Translations under genes and position numbers: made by a program
Assembly (NCBI GenBank): GCA_043228905.1
Contig: JBHGNT010000001.1
Coordinates: forward strand, 20,522,001-20,586,000
Direction of reading: 5' to 3'
DNA length: 64,000 nt
Source of the DNA: Azolla caroliniana
Taxonomy: Eukaryota > Plantae > Polypodiophyta
Notes under the pieces: model-generated
Told to the model about the DNA's origin: nothing
Database searches by the model: none
Seen by the model: the letters and a program-made list of their open reading frames with translations, nothing else
Part shown: piece by piece, positions 23,401 to 36,980 of the stretch
Position numbering within the stretch: position 1 is the first letter of the stretch
Layout: every line of letters starts with the position of its first letter

Positions 23401-24700
23401 TGTGTTCTAGATTTACCCGAGGTCAAAAAGAGGATTCTTTTTTAATGCCATGATGCACCCTCCGCAGGGCACCCTGGAATACATCGTACACTCGTTCTCA
23501 TCTCCACTCAATTTTATTGGCCTAAGATGCGTCCTGACATACATAGCCATGTGACTAAATGTCACCAATGTCAGGTTAACAAAGCCGAGCGACTTAAAGC
23601 CGCAGGACTTTTACATCCCTTGGACATTCCCAATAATAAGTGGGAAAGTATATCCATGGATTTTATTGTTAGCCTTCCTCGCACCCAAAAAGGTCATGAT
23701 GCCATCTGGGTTGTCGTTGATCGACTAACTAAAATGGCCGGATTTATTGCTACTAAAACCACAGTAACAGCTCCTGAATTGGTTTACCAATTCATTGACG
23801 AATTATTTCGGTTTTATGGATTACTGATGGATATCATGAGTGATTGAGATCCAAAGTTTACTAGTGACTTCTGGACACAAGTCTTTAAGAAGTTAGAAAC
23901 TACGTTGAGCATGAGCTCCACGGATCATCCTCAATCCGATGGACAGACAGAACAAGTAAATCAAATTATTGAGGACATGCTTCGAGCATACGTTGGTGCA
24001 AAACCAACAAAATGGGAACGTTATCTCCCAATTTTGGAGTTTGCTTATAACAGCTCCAAGCATACATCGACGGGATATAGTCCTTTTATGTTGATGTATG
24101 GTTTTCAGCCACGAGCCCCGATTGATGTTAATATACATCATGATGAGTTGTGAAGTACGGAAAACTTTCTTCGGGATATGCAAGATATGTTGCATATTGC
24201 ACGAGATAATATAAAACAGCTCAAGATAGAGCACGTTTTTATGCCGACCATCATAGGCAACTTTGTGTATTCAACCCTGGACAGAAGGTATTTTTACGTG
24301 TACCTCACAATTCTGAGACATTGTCTATGGGTAAGTGCGCTAAGTTAGCCCCACGGTTTTGTGGACCTTTTACAGTCCTCAAACACATTGGGTCATAAGC
24401 CTATCGTCTCACTCTTCTCGATGGTGTTGGAATTCATCCAGTCTTCCATGTGAGTCGTCTAAAAGAACTTCTAGGTTCTGGCGACAACATAGTTACAACT
24501 GAAACTCTAGTTACTTCTGAAGATTTATCTTCGAAACCACATGTACCAGAAAGAATTCTCGATGTTAAAACATACTAAAGAAATCCGAGAATTTAAAATT
24601 AAATGGATGAACAAATCTATCAAAGATGCCACATGGGAACGCGAGAATACTCTAAGAACAAACTTCCCTAACTTTCCATTGCAAGAGTGCAATGTTTTAA
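20430..24700 (+). pseudogene. pol: Gag-pol of element G with stops; chromodomain at the C-terminus
   Basis: CVFCKKTGHTKDQC, LFDSGSSHNF, FLDD, ETDASDYA, ISMDFI, HPQSDGQ, FKIKW..DATWE. Confidence 0.9.
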
Positions 24701-27560
24701 AGAAGGGGAGTATATTATGGGCATGACCATTTAATATCCTGTGGTGAGAATTTATTACGGGTATGACCATTTAATATCCCGTGGTGAGAATTTACCGTAG
24801 TATTCTATACACGTGGATAAGTGTGAGGGTCTTAAGCTTACTTTAGTACCTAGATCTCTAATACCAGTACTACCCTTCGCCAACGACACCATGCCATACC
24901 CATACCCAAAGTACCGGGATGAACTGGATGCAGAAGCGTACGTCTATGCTTTTCTATAGATATGGGAAGCGAACCATATCTCGCATCGGTTGACAGAATT
25001 AGAGGTCAAACAATCCAAGATAGCAGAATTTGGGATGACATTGGAGGAACCAGCAACAAAGTGGCACAAAAAACACCTTCCCAGGAGCTTTGCCACATTC
25101 AAAGCTTTGTAGGATAAATTCTTGCGGTTGTTTCACTGAAAGGCCAATTCTATACACTCTACCAGGAATCCAATGAGACAGTCTCGCAATTTGTGATCCG
25201 TTTCCAGACACTGGCAATGAACTGACAAGGGCACCTTAGGGAGATGAGGCAAAAGTAGTCTTTCTGGCCACACTTTGGGAACCACTACGAACCATGTTGA
25301 TAGTATTCGACTTCCGGACAAGTGTCATCGATGATGTCGTCGACCAGGTGATAGAAATGGATAGGGCCCAGAATAGCAATCACATGGCGATGGGAGCTCT
25401 ACAGCGAGCGCTACCCAAAGAAGAGGACTTACGGTTTCGATAGCAGTCCAATATACAACGTGCCTCAACTCCAGTCACTCGACGTTAGAATGCATGATGC
25501 GGATATAGTGCATGTTGTGCCACTCTTAGTCCCATACCAAGGACTGATGCGAGTACAACCTGCTCAATCGGCAAGTGGCACTGGTCCAACACATGGAGCC
25601 CTGGAGCGAACAACAACCATAAGAGGGATGGTTCTAGTGGGAAGAACGATATCGACCGGAACAAAGGGACTGGTACGACCTCAGAAGAAGAGAGGACTAC
25701 GACGATGACCACAACCACCGGCGAGAAGGAGACTACAATCGAGAGCGTTACGATCACGACTACTCCCCGGATTATAATCGTAGAAGAGATGACAAAAGAT
25801 ACCCGGAATTATGGGAGTACCCAGATCAGGATAGATGGTACCCGGAACGTCAAGGGAACCGGAACCATCGCCGCCACAACCATAAGGGAAAGAATCGCCG
25901 AGAAGAAGGTTGGGAACCGTCTAGAGAATACCAAAGGGAGAGGAATAAAGAAACGATTGTCCTAGTCCCGCAACCGGAGCAATGGAGGCTAGAGGAAACC
26001 AACCGGATGAATTCCGGTAGTAAGCCGAGAACGATGGAGAAAGGAGAATCAAGTAATAGCCGGAGGGTTTACTACTACTACTGTCAAAAGGAAGGACATT
26101 ATAGTAGTTAGTACCCGAGCAAGACCAACGAAAAGCAGCCAATGGTGAATATGGTGACTGCAGAGGTGACCGATGTTCAACAATTCACCACATGAGCTAA
26201 AGGGTAAAATACCAAGTGGGAAATTCAAGAGGCTATCCGAAAGAAAGCTACCGAATGGATACAGAGGGCCAATGAACGGAATGCCACCGAGTTGCGACGA
26301 CAGCGCAAACCTCCGGAAGCACCAATAGAAACCACAGATGATGACTCGACGTGGCAGGCATTACAAGAATGTCATATCATGCTACCACTTAGTTTCTTAT
26401 TATAGTTAGTCCCTCGATTTATGGAAGGACTCAAATCATTGATAGTGCCACAAAACTCAGAGCTGACGCCGGCCTTCTTCTCCAACCTAGAGGAAGGACT
26501 GGCAATAGTGGACACCAGTAGTCCGGCAATAATGGCTATCATTAAAGGAAAAGATATAACCGGAACAATTATGGATGGAGGTTCTGCAATAAACGGGATA
26601 AACCAATGAACCTGCAAAAACCTGGCTATCACATAATGGGAACCGTACCCGTTTTGGCTGCGTATGGTGGATACTAGTTCGGTTCGCCCAATCAGACTCA
26701 TCCAGAACTTGGAGATTATAATCGGGGGGCATGTTTTCCTGATATCCGCGGTAGTCCTGCAACTCAACGCACAAGGAGCGTATCTCCTATTGTTAGGGAG
26801 ACCATGGTTAAGGACGGCGTATATAAAGCAAAATTTGCAGAAGAATGCCATTACCTTCCATAGAGGAAAGATGAAGGTACAGGTCCTGACCCAACCACGT
26901 GCGGGTACCAGTAAGGATCTAACACTACTATATGCAGAGAGCATAAACATGTTGGACAGGTTAACAACGGAGAAGATGAACACTCAAAGATAGTTCTGTT
27001 ATTTGAAGTAGATGTCGTTGAAATTGTCACACCGTACATCGTGCACTCAGAGGAAGTTCTTGAGGAATCGGATTGGGAGGCGATCCTTGAACTGCGACAA
27101 GCACAGGAATCGTTGGAACAAGAAATGGCGGTATCTCAACGAGTGAAGGCATCTTAGCTAGAAGAGGTGGACCTTCGGACTGGGGATGCACCAAAAGCAG
27201 TGTATGTGGCAAAGGGAATGCTCCTGGAGGAGAAGAAAGCAACAATTGAACTCCTTAAAGAATTTCGAGACATGTTCGCCTAGTCATACAAAGATATGTG
27301 AGGGTTGGATCCCCAACTATACCAGTATCAAAAACACCTTCGCAAGGACACGAAACCGGTAGTGCAACGAAGGTGTCGGATGAACCCGAATTATGCAACG
27401 AGAGTCAAAGAAGAAATCGACAAGTTGCTGAGGGTTGGTTTTATCCGACCAGTAAAACAAGCTACATGGCTAAGTCTGATTGTCGTCGTCCCAAAGAAGA
27501 ACGACAAAATTCAGGTCTGTCTGCTTAAAGTTTTCCAAAGAGGTCAGAAAATCAAAGAAA

Positions 27561-30500
27561 ATGGCGAATAAAGGTGCCAACACAAAGATGGCAAATAAGG
27601 GCTTCAATGAATATATGACAAATTTCATGCTGCGTATGTTGCAAGAGCAAAGTGTGATGAATCGGATGGAAAGTGAGTTAGCACTTGCCGTACAAATGGT
27701 CATCGAGAGGATAAGAAAATTTAATGGCAAGGACGTCACTCGGTTCCTCGACGTCTAAGAATACGAGATGGCTTTTAGAAGGGCAACCGGAGTACAAATA
27801 GTGTTACATATCAACCGGGTGTGCACACTTGATGTCCGAGCAAGGGTAACGGAATTTTCAAAGAAATTCCGTGAAGATTGGCCTCGGTTTCGTCAATCAT
27901 TGCTTGATGAATATAAGCTAGACGATGGGACCCGAATGTCAAAGAAAAGCTTTCTCGAATGGACCGAGAAAGGGGGTAAAGGACTCTCAATGTTAGAGTT
28001 GCTGAGATAGTTCGATAAAAAGATATAATGAGCTCTCAGTAAAAGACCAAGAACTATTATAGTCAAAAAAGGTGGATTTATTCATTCGAGTGGCAAATAA
28101 ATCTTTTAGAAAAGATATGATCACTATCCTTCTTGAAGACCGGACAAGCACGACCGGTTTGGTGTCTGATTGGGCAGAAGTACCCGAGGCTTGTCAAGTA
28201 TTAAGAAGGAGATCACTACAGATGGAGGATGGCTATGACAACTGAATAAAGACAACAACCAATGAACATCCAAAACAAGAATCAGGAACCCGAACGGATG
28301 TTGGCAAAGGAAAGGAGCCAATGTCTGCGATTGATGAGCTGATAAAAGGAATGTGGGATCAACAACTCAAGTTCACAAAGCTTGAGAAGGGTGAAAGCTC
28401 GGGTGTTAGACAAAAGCCTAATGAAGGAGAAAAGGGTGAATTCGTCTGTCGATGCATATGGTGTGATAGCACAGAGCACCAAAAAAGGGATTGTCAGAGC
28501 CATAAGGAAGCATTAGAAAGAAATGATCTTCTATCAAAATGGAAGAATCCACTCCTCGGAGACCAGAAAACCCCTAAAAACCAATTTTGGGAAAGGTGGG
28601 ATGAAGAAAGTGATTGATAACGAAGAGTCGAAGAATATTCAAGCAATGTACTTTTCGACTACCTCGGATTGAAGGTCGATGATCCCTAGATAGGACTTAC
28701 GGAAGGTCGACGATGAGATCAGGAGTAGCACTGGGTGGAATGACCTAGTAGATTCACTGACAGCAATCACCAAGATAGCAGGGGTAAATTCCCACAAGGT
28801 GACAGTCGAAGAAAAACAAAGGAGAACTGAAGAAGCGGGATCATCAAGAAAACCTCAGACCCGAGAACAAAAGAGACGAGAAATAGAATGAGTTGTTGTG
28901 GAGGCGACCAAAGAAGACAAAGGTAAGCACAAGGTAGCCTCGTCATTCATACTTGCCTCCAACATCGAAACATCCACTGACCTAAAGTATGTGCTAGAAT
29001 CAAGGATTCTTGGTAGCAAAGTTGAGTTAACACACTGAGAAGTATTAGGGATCGCGAAGAACAAATTTCATGAAGTGATCATTGATGTGACTTGGAGGAA
29101 AAGACAAGTGGTTGAACAAACGTGTGTAGTAAATACCGTCATGATACGGGAGGAAGATGAAGATATGGAGACCGCATTGTTAGCCGGGGTACGGAGTGCT
29201 GACACACAATGTAGTCATGAAGAGGAATGAAGCCATTACACCTACACACACTGGGCTCGGGTGACAACCAAGGCTCCAGTCAGAATTGGAGATAAGATGG
29301 AACCATGTGTGGCACTCATCGATCATGACTTTGAGATAAATATCATATCATCTTATTTCTATAATCGCGGGAGATAACCAATAGAAAGGAACCACGGCTG
29401 GAAGGTGAGAGCAGCAACCGAGGTAGTGGAGGATTTATGTGGCGCATGCCCAAATATTAAAGTTACAATTGGGGATGTGTCAGTAGATCAAAACTTCTTC
29501 ATCCAGGAGAAGTCATTTTATCCCGTAATCCTAGGGCAACCGTACGTCACAACAATACGAATGGAGACTAAAGTGCTTGATAATGGAGCGGCATTTGCCA
29601 AGATTCGAAGCCAGGATGGGAAGAGGTCGGTACAGTTCCTTACTGCTCGACCAAATCATGAAAGGAATAAGGAGCATCTACGGGATCATCCACTACGAGA
29701 TGTGGGGGATTTCGTACAAGATTTCTAGAGCTGGCCCTTACAAAAAAAGGTTGTGATGGCCCGAGGGAGGTAAGAAGCCCCATTCATAGCATTGAAGATA
29801 AAGGTAATTTATATGTTGCATTGGTAGATGGGCCAACTATAATAGAAGATTTCAAAGGAAATAAATTTCGAAAAATAGAAAAAGAATTACAAGGTAGAGG
29901 CATGATAGATTCAGAAGAAAAATTAGTGAATATATTTAAAGAATATTGTTTTAAAGATATAGTAGGAGAGTTGGAGTCTCTAATGTCGGAAGATGATGAA
30001 GTTGTAGTAGTGATAAATTCCATCGAGCTGTTCAAAACCATCAAGAAGTATGTTCAAAATGAAGGAGCTCGAATAAACACAAAGTACAAAGCGGTAGAGA
30101 AGAAGGTCTGACCAACAGCAACACCGCTTCCAAAAGACAGGAAAAAGATAACGAAGGAGTTGTCGACCGAGCGAATTCTTTGGGACCCAAAGAGAATTGG
30201 GCACAAATTCACGAAAGAAACGATTAGAGAACTAATATTGGAGGGGGGGAACTTCCTAACGCCTACAGAAGAAGCAGAATTTAAAAAAATGCTAGGGCGG
30301 CACAGGAAAGCATTTTTCTTCAACCCTGAAGAAATTGGATGTGTGGATCCGAAAGTAGTTGAACCAATGGTCATCTTCACGATCCCACACATTCCATAGA
30401 ATCTGAAGCCAATCCTAGTGCCAAGAGCAAGGATACCACAACTAATCGAGCTTCTAAAAGAGAAAGTGAAGATGGGCATCTTGGAACCATCAAATTGTCA

Positions 30501-31203
30501 GGAATAGTACTAAAACAGAGAGAGAATTAGTACTCGAGAAGGGAAGTACTATTAGTACTAAGAGGACAGGACTTCGTAAGTATCTCGAGAGAGGGAGAGA
30601 GAAGAGGAGAGAGAGAGAGAGAGATGATGATAACAGATGATATATTATATGAAGAGTAAATACAAAATGGCTATAAGGCTTAAGACTGGCGTTGAACCAA
30701 TTTGGTTCAACATAATGCTTTGTGCCTCCTTTTATAGTGTTCTTAGAAGGAGTCCTAAAGCTTCTAGAATGTTCTAGAGAAATCTGGAATATACATTAAT
30801 TTCCTATAATAAAACTTAAATGAAAATAATATCCTACGTATTACAATAGATGGTATAATGGTCAAGAGCTCGACCCATATAACATAAGGTCATGGGTTCG
30901 AGTCTTGCCATATCATGACACAAACGCTCCATGCTTGAGTAGATGGTTTACGGTGCAAAAGAAGGATGGACGACTTCGATTCATTCAAGACATGCAACCT
31001 ATGAATCAAGTTACTATCCGGAATTCAGGAGTGGGACCAATAGTAGATGAGTTTGCAGAGATGTTCGCCAGAAGGGCGATCTACTCAATGTGTGATCTCT
31101 ACTCCGACTATGACTAGTTCCAGCTTGCTATCGGTAGTCGAGATATCACCTCCATTAAGACTCCTATTGGATTACTTTGGATGTGTACCCTAACTCAAGG
31201 ATG
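27561..31203 (+). pseudogene. Gypsy element K gag-PR-RT, degenerate relative of H; no 5' LTR visible
   Basis: RKFNGKDVTRFL gag, CIWCDSTEH knuckle, protease region VILGQPY, RT WFTVQKKDGRLRFIQD; colinear with element H. Confidence 0.8.
30496..30920 (-). mobile_element. Solo LTR of the F family, with A/B-box module at 30851-30905 (+)
   Basis: TGTCA..TGACA, 425 bp, TSD CAAAT/CAAAC; TGGTATAATGG ... GGTTCGAGTCT. Confidence 0.9.
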
Positions 31204-32968
31204 TGAGGTCGGTAGTGAAGACGGACAAAGACTATCTGATCGGGTCAGAAGTAATAATTGAGACAGATTGTCTCCTAATCCTCGGGATGATCTCAGGATG
31301 TGCAACACCAAATCTAGCTATGCTAAGGTGGATCGCTTATATCAAATCTTTAAACTTAGAGATTCGCCACATTGCAGGAAAGAAGAACACCATGGCTGAC
31401 ATGTTGTCGAGGGCAAGATTTGAGAATGAGGGTGACATGGTTTCGGAAGATGAAGACATCACCCTCGACTTCTTCAAGATGGCTCGACTATCGGCAGAAG
31501 ACAAGGACACACTAACCCTCCACGCCTTTAACGAGGACGAGTACGAAGGAGAGTGGTTACTAATCGGCAGATTCCTAAGAACAATGATGACGGATGCTTC
31601 GTTGATGAAGGAGGAGGCCCTACAAATCCGGAAGAAAGCTTACGAATACTTCTTGAAGGGAGGATTCCTTTGGCAACACCCAAAAAGGACAGGAATACCA
31701 CGTCGAGTGGTGGTGAAGAAAGAAGTGCAAGTGACGCTAATGACCGAATTCCACGAGTGCCTGGGCAGGTCATAGAGGAATATGGGCGACGTTCGAGAAG
31801 TTTAAGGAGAAGTACTGGTGGCCAAGCATATACAAAGATGTACTCCATTTCGTGTCCACATGCGAAATATGCCAAGTACATTCGAATATACGTCATCGTG
31901 ATGAGCTATGACCGACATACCCACTCACCATACACTTCAAATGGATGGTGGATCTGGTCTCAATGCCAATGGGAGTGGGACAAATGAAGTACTTAGCTCT
32001 AGCAAGAGAAGACTTGACAAATCAAGTGGAAGGACGGGCCTTGACAAATAAGACGGCGTCGGCTGTTTGCAAATTTCTACTCGAAGAGGTTGTCTGTCGA
32101 TACGGATGTGTGGGAAAGATAGTAGTCGTCCGAGGGGGATTTGATGCGCACGAAGCGACAGAGCTCTTCGAACGACTAGGCGTGAAGCTCTCCCTCACGA
32201 CTGCCTAAAATCCAGAAGGGAATGGGAAGATCGAGCGAGGGCATGGACCTATCGTCAAAGCCATCGTACGGGCATGCAACGGTCGAGTAGGGAATTCGCC
32301 ACGACTATTGCCCTATGCCTTGTGGGCCAACAAAACGACACACAGCTCGGTGACAGGGTATATGCCAACGGAACCGGAACCGGATAGTGATCAGCGATCG
32401 GCATCCAGTGATGGAACCAGAACCAGACGGATGGACGGCGACCGGCGACCAACATCTGGCGACCTCGGGATGCGGACCGAACCGGGTTAGACCGAATGGC
32501 TGCAAATCAGACGGATTGGTAAGGTCGGTTGATCGCAGTGCATGGTGTTTTAAAGATATTTGGTCCAAAAGCCTAATAGTATTTTATGCTTAAAAAGGGA
32601 TGTAAGCAAAACTTGAACCTTACACCTCCAAGCTAGAAAGCAATATACATACCACTAAGCCAAGTCATTTCCTTAATGTTATATTTTTATGATTATAGTT
32701 TTACTTGAAAATTCTCATATGAGAGCTTAAATGAGTGACATGATTATCATGCATCACATGTAATGCATGAGCGCCAAATGGCAAACATGCATCATGCATT
32801 TTATGCATGTCTTGTACCCCACATGCATCATATGCATGGGGGCATCTATAAAAGAGTGGGTGAAAAAGAAAAAAAGGAGGTATGATTCAAGAATTTAAGG
32901 AGAAGAAAATTCGTTATCCAATTGATGGTGTATCTTGTTTCTTAAGTCTAAAGTCAAGGGTTCAATCT

Positions 32969-33015
<47 letters not shown>

Positions 33016-33160
33016 CATATCAATCTCTCTCTTTCAATCTATCTTAAATCCTTTCTCGCTAAAGCTAGTGCAAACTTCGAGTCCTTCCGGTCCAGAACCC
33101 CGGCGGTTCCACCTCACGATCCGCACTTAGTGACAGATTTTTTTTCACAACATAATTAAG
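31204..33160 (+). mobile_element. H-family fragment: RNase H end and integrase fused to a partial 5' LTR
   Basis: 31204-32370 is highly similar to the reverse complement of 51545-52710. About 32371-33152 resembles the H LTR and is followed by the same TAATTAAG spacer. A/B module on the minus strand at 32609-32662. Confidence 0.8.
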
Positions 33161-33914
33161 TTCCATATGTATTTGTCTGCCACGTCTCGACATCGTTATT
33201 TGCGTTGGCTTGAACCTTTGCTTACCCGCCATCACCTTCTATCTCTTGGGTCTCACGTTGGCTTTGAACCACAACTGCCCAAGTCTCTAGAACATGTGCA
33301 AAGGAATCCATTTTTCTTTGGTCAATCGCCTTCGACACCTTTGTCTTGATGTCATCATTCACATTAGATTGGAACTCCCCACACTCGTTCTGGAGACATG
33401 GGCATTAACCAATGTAAGACCCAAGAGAAGGACAGTGACCACGAGGAAGCAAGGGTTGAAGCTAATGTGTGGGGCTAAGAGGCCAAGCAAAGCACAACAA
33501 AAAAAGATGAGGGCCAAGTGGGCCAAGAAGATTTGAAGGGTATTCCTCAAGATATTGATGTAACATTCAACTTGAAGGTGGACACTATCATTAAGATCGA
33601 GGCATCAATGGAGAACTCTGGCATAAGAAGAAACCACAAAGATGGACGAAGTGGGAAGCATGAAAAATGGTTGCGTAAGGATCTAGACGTGGGCATACAC
33701 TTGAAGATACTACATGGGGTATTCAAGGCCATTATTCAAATAATAACTTGTGGAGCAAGACCGAAAACAAAACTGCATGATGGGTCAACGTGCCTTGAGC
33801 CAGGAGACGATCGAGACAAAGGTGGAACATGCATATAAAGCCTAAAGAATTATGTTCGAAAGGAGAACAAGGGGCCATGACAACTAGTCATGGTAAAGCA
33901 AAGAAAAAGTGAAT

Positions 33915-34176
33915 GATGTATTAATCAAGAAATTAAAAGTAAGAAATTCGTTATCTAATTGATGTATCAATCTTGTTCTTCAAATCTAAAGTCAAGAGTT
34001 CAATCTTAATCTCTCTCAATCTAAAGTCAAGCATTCTATCTTATCTCAATCTCTCTCTCTTTCAATCTATCTTAATTCCTTTCTCGGTAAAGCTAGTGTA
34101 AACTTTGAGTCCTTCCGGTCCAGAACCCTGGCGGTTCCGCCTCACGATCCGCACGTAGTGACGGATCTTCCCAACA
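33915..34176 (+). repeat. U5-side fragment of an H-related LTR
   Basis: Similar to 32890-33152 and to the reverse complement of 49902-50130; ends CCAACA. Confidence 0.75.
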
Positions 34177-34499
34177 ACGCGTACATAGGAGAGAGACAGA
34201 CAGACAGACAGAACGTAAATTGTATTAAAAAAATACACTAAAACTTCTGTCATTGTATACAATGTGCTAGACAACACTATTTATACAAGTCCTTAAAGGA
34301 CTGACAGAAGTACAATGTACTTCAATGCTCCTACGAGCGACTAACACTAACTCCCAAAATTATGCCTACGTACTAGGCTGGATCCGTAGGCCTCTAACGG
34401 CCTACCGATTTCAATCCGATCCAGTTCTCCGTTCCGAATACCGATCTAGCTTTGGCTTATTTAGCCGATCCGGATCCGGTTGAGCTTGCTCACTCAACA
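34177..34499 (-). repeat. Partial copia LTR related to the element D LTR
   Basis: Shares ctatttatacaagtcc..cagaagtac..tgtacttcaatgctc and the terminal gttgagcttg..ctcaaca with 7114-7384. Confidence 0.8.
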
Positions 34500-35954
34500 G
34501 TGGCCAAGTGCAGCGGGAGCAGATATTAAAGGAATTACATGACAAGCAATGGGCCAAAAACTATGGAGTCTGGGCAACATTAAGTAAAATAATGGAAAGA
34601 TATTGGTGGCTAGGATTCTACAACGAAATCAAGAGGTATTGCGAGACATGCCCAACCTATCAAATCTACTCCAACATTAAGCATAGAGTTGAGTTGCACC
34701 TGACCTACTCGCCGACTATACATTACAAGTGAATGGTAGATATAGTGGCAATGCCAATGGGGGTAGGTCAAAAGAAGTTCTTGGTACTTGCTAGAGAAGA
34801 CCTTACAAATCAAGTTCAAGGAAGAGCACTAAGATCGAAGACCACGTCGGCAATATTTCAATTCATATTAGAGGATATAGTATGTAGATATGGGTGTATA
34901 AGAAAGATAGTGGCTGATAGAGGTGAGCTCAATTCTGATGAAGCAAGGGAGTTCTTTGATAGAATTGGATTTCAGTTATCACTGACAACAACATATAATC
35001 CTGAGGCAAATGGAAAGATAGAAAGAGGTCATAGCCCGATAGTTAAAGAACTTGGAAAGGCGGGCAAAGGTAAAGTAGGTAATTGGCCGAAGGTCTTGCC
35101 ATATGCATTGTGGACGGATATGACCATATACAGTTCGGTGATAGGATATATGCCGATAGAGCTCATGACAGGACAAAGGCCGATGATGCCGATTGAAGAG
35201 AAGATTGTTAAATGGGCAATGCTACCATGGAGTCGGAGATGAGTAGAGAAGACTTGCTAGCTGTTCGTATCCGACAACTACAATGTCAAGCAGAAGATGT
35301 AGAAAAGGTTGTCGAAAAATTGAAGGAAGCTCGGATAAAGAACAAAGCAAGATTTGACAAAGTACACAGATTACGACCATGAAAGATTCAAGAAGGAGAC
35401 TGGGTGTTGGTACTGGATAGTAGCCTCGAGAACCAGTACAGTACAATGAGGAAGTTTGCAAAACGGTGGTTTGGGCCTTACGAAGTACGGAAGGTGACTA
35501 ATAAGGTTACCTACTACTTGAATGAGTTGGATGGGACTGAGGTACAAACGCCAATTGCGGGAAAAGGAATAAAGATTTTTAAAAGAAGAGAGGATGAAGA
35601 ATTTTTCAAAGAGAATCAAAATGAAGTGGTGTGAACTCACCCATAGGTGTGCAAGTTCAGAGGGGGTGGGTGTCGTGAAGTTATTGCTTCAGGATGTCTA
35701 AAAAATGTCAAAAATCTATAGAAAGAAATTTCCCATGTAGAGCTTATGGCGAGGAGCATATGCAAATTTTCGGTTCATGAATCAGAGTTTAGGAGCCCAA
35801 GATACAAGCTTCGGAAGAATTAATGTTACTCGGGACACAAATGTAATTATGTCAAAAGGGGGAGTCAAAATTAAATGAAGGCTATTTCTATAATTTCTCA
35901 AATGTACAACTACAAAATCGAATTTGTAGAATCAATAAATAAAATAATAATAAT
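34500..35954 (+). mobile_element. Gypsy integrase (H/K type), PPT and start of 3' LTR (from 35671)
   Basis: LAREDLTNQV, IVADRGEL, YNPEANGKIERGH, WFGPY; PPT AGAGGGGGTGGG then TGTCGTGAAG. Confidence 0.82.
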
Positions 35955-36377
35955 TGTTAAGTAATTAGGTAATTAACTAGGGTTAATTAGAGACTAATTA
36001 TATGGTTACGTTAAGCAGCGGAATATTAGTATGATATGCGCGTGAGAGTGTGTGAGAGGAAGTTACACTTGAACACGAAGATAAATGGGGGATGATTGAC
36101 TATATTGAAAAGTGTCATCAACATACAAAAATACCCACAATGAGGTATATATACAACCCATGTGCAAAGGTGCACATGTGTGGGTAGAACATAGGTACTT
36201 ATGTGTAAGTCCTACATTAAATGTACTAAGGAGTGGAGGATCTAGAGTATCCTACTTAAGTACAAGGTCCTATTTAAAGGCTTAAGGTCAACACATTAAC
36301 TAGATTCGATCTAGGTAACTACTAAGTTACATGTGTTGACTAACTAGATTAAACTAGTTGAGCTTGATATCTCAACA
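35955..36377 (-). mobile_element. Copia-type solo LTR
   Basis: TGTT..AACA ends, perfect TSD ATAAT, terminal motif shared with the B, D and L LTRs. Confidence 0.8.
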
Positions 36378-36589
36378 ATAATAAAATAAATAATATATAT
36401 ATATATAAATACAATCGCCTCAAGAGGGTGGTAGGGCGGTTGACCACCCTATATAAGCCACGCCCATGGTGGCTAAAGGGGAGGAAGGAAAAAGGAATAA
36501 GAGAGAAGGAAGCTCGCAAGAAGAAGGGATGTAGAGTTCGCTCATGAAGCTAGTGACCTGCTGAACAAAATATAAAAATTGTACTTGAT

Positions 36590-36908
36590 TCAAGAAACCT
36601 CGGAAATGCGCCCTCGAACCATCAAATTTAGCTAGGAGGCTGAATTTGGGCTGCTTGATAAGTCCTAGACTTTCGATCCTTTGTTGTTGTAACACTACGA
36701 TGGTCGACTCTAACTGTTGAACCCATCGCGTGAACTCCTCTTGTTGTTGTTGCTTCTCTATAGTAACCTTTTGTAGATCCCCAAGTACACATTGATTCTC
36801 TACTTCAAGAGATAGGAACTTGGATTTAAGATTCTCCATTTCTGCAACAAGGGTGAGATATTCTTCTAAGTTAATGGCGGCCATGGTTTCGTGATGGTTA
36901 CAGAGGAG

Positions 36909-36947
<39 letters not shown>

Positions 36948-36980
36948 GAATCAAATTGTCAGAACCAAGAATAAAAGATA
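36590..36980 (-). pseudogene. gag: Fragment of an F-related chromovirus (gag N-terminus, leader, LTR end)
   Basis: MAAINLEEY..KFDGSRAHFRGFLNQV is similar to F gag; TGTCAG LTR terminus at 36957. Confidence 0.75.

Larger units (their letters stand above)
18233..24863 (+). mobile_element. Ty3/gypsy chromovirus G, Met-primed, near full length
   Basis: TSD CCAGT; 5' LTR 18233-18727; PBS TGGTATCAGAGC 18730-18741; 1.7-kb leader; PPT at about 24700-24710; 3' LTR 24713-24863 with an internal deletion. Confidence 0.92.
17733..27520 (+). pseudogene. Gypsy element E gag-PR-RT start, split by element G
   Basis: Reading resumes after TSD CCAGT at 24869; R/D-rich gag, protease MDGGSAIN, RT start GFIRPVKQATWLS.IVVVPKKN. 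Confidence 0.75.

Noticed and set aside
29700-29790. Frameshift signal at the K protease-RT junction (GAT TTC TAG)
   Set aside because: The copy is too degenerate and has no clean heptamer or stem; a family consensus is needed.
32960-33035. (CT)n and (GA)n tracts here and near 7000-7045 and 36910-36942
   Set aside because: These are ordinary microsatellites within LTRs or leaders.
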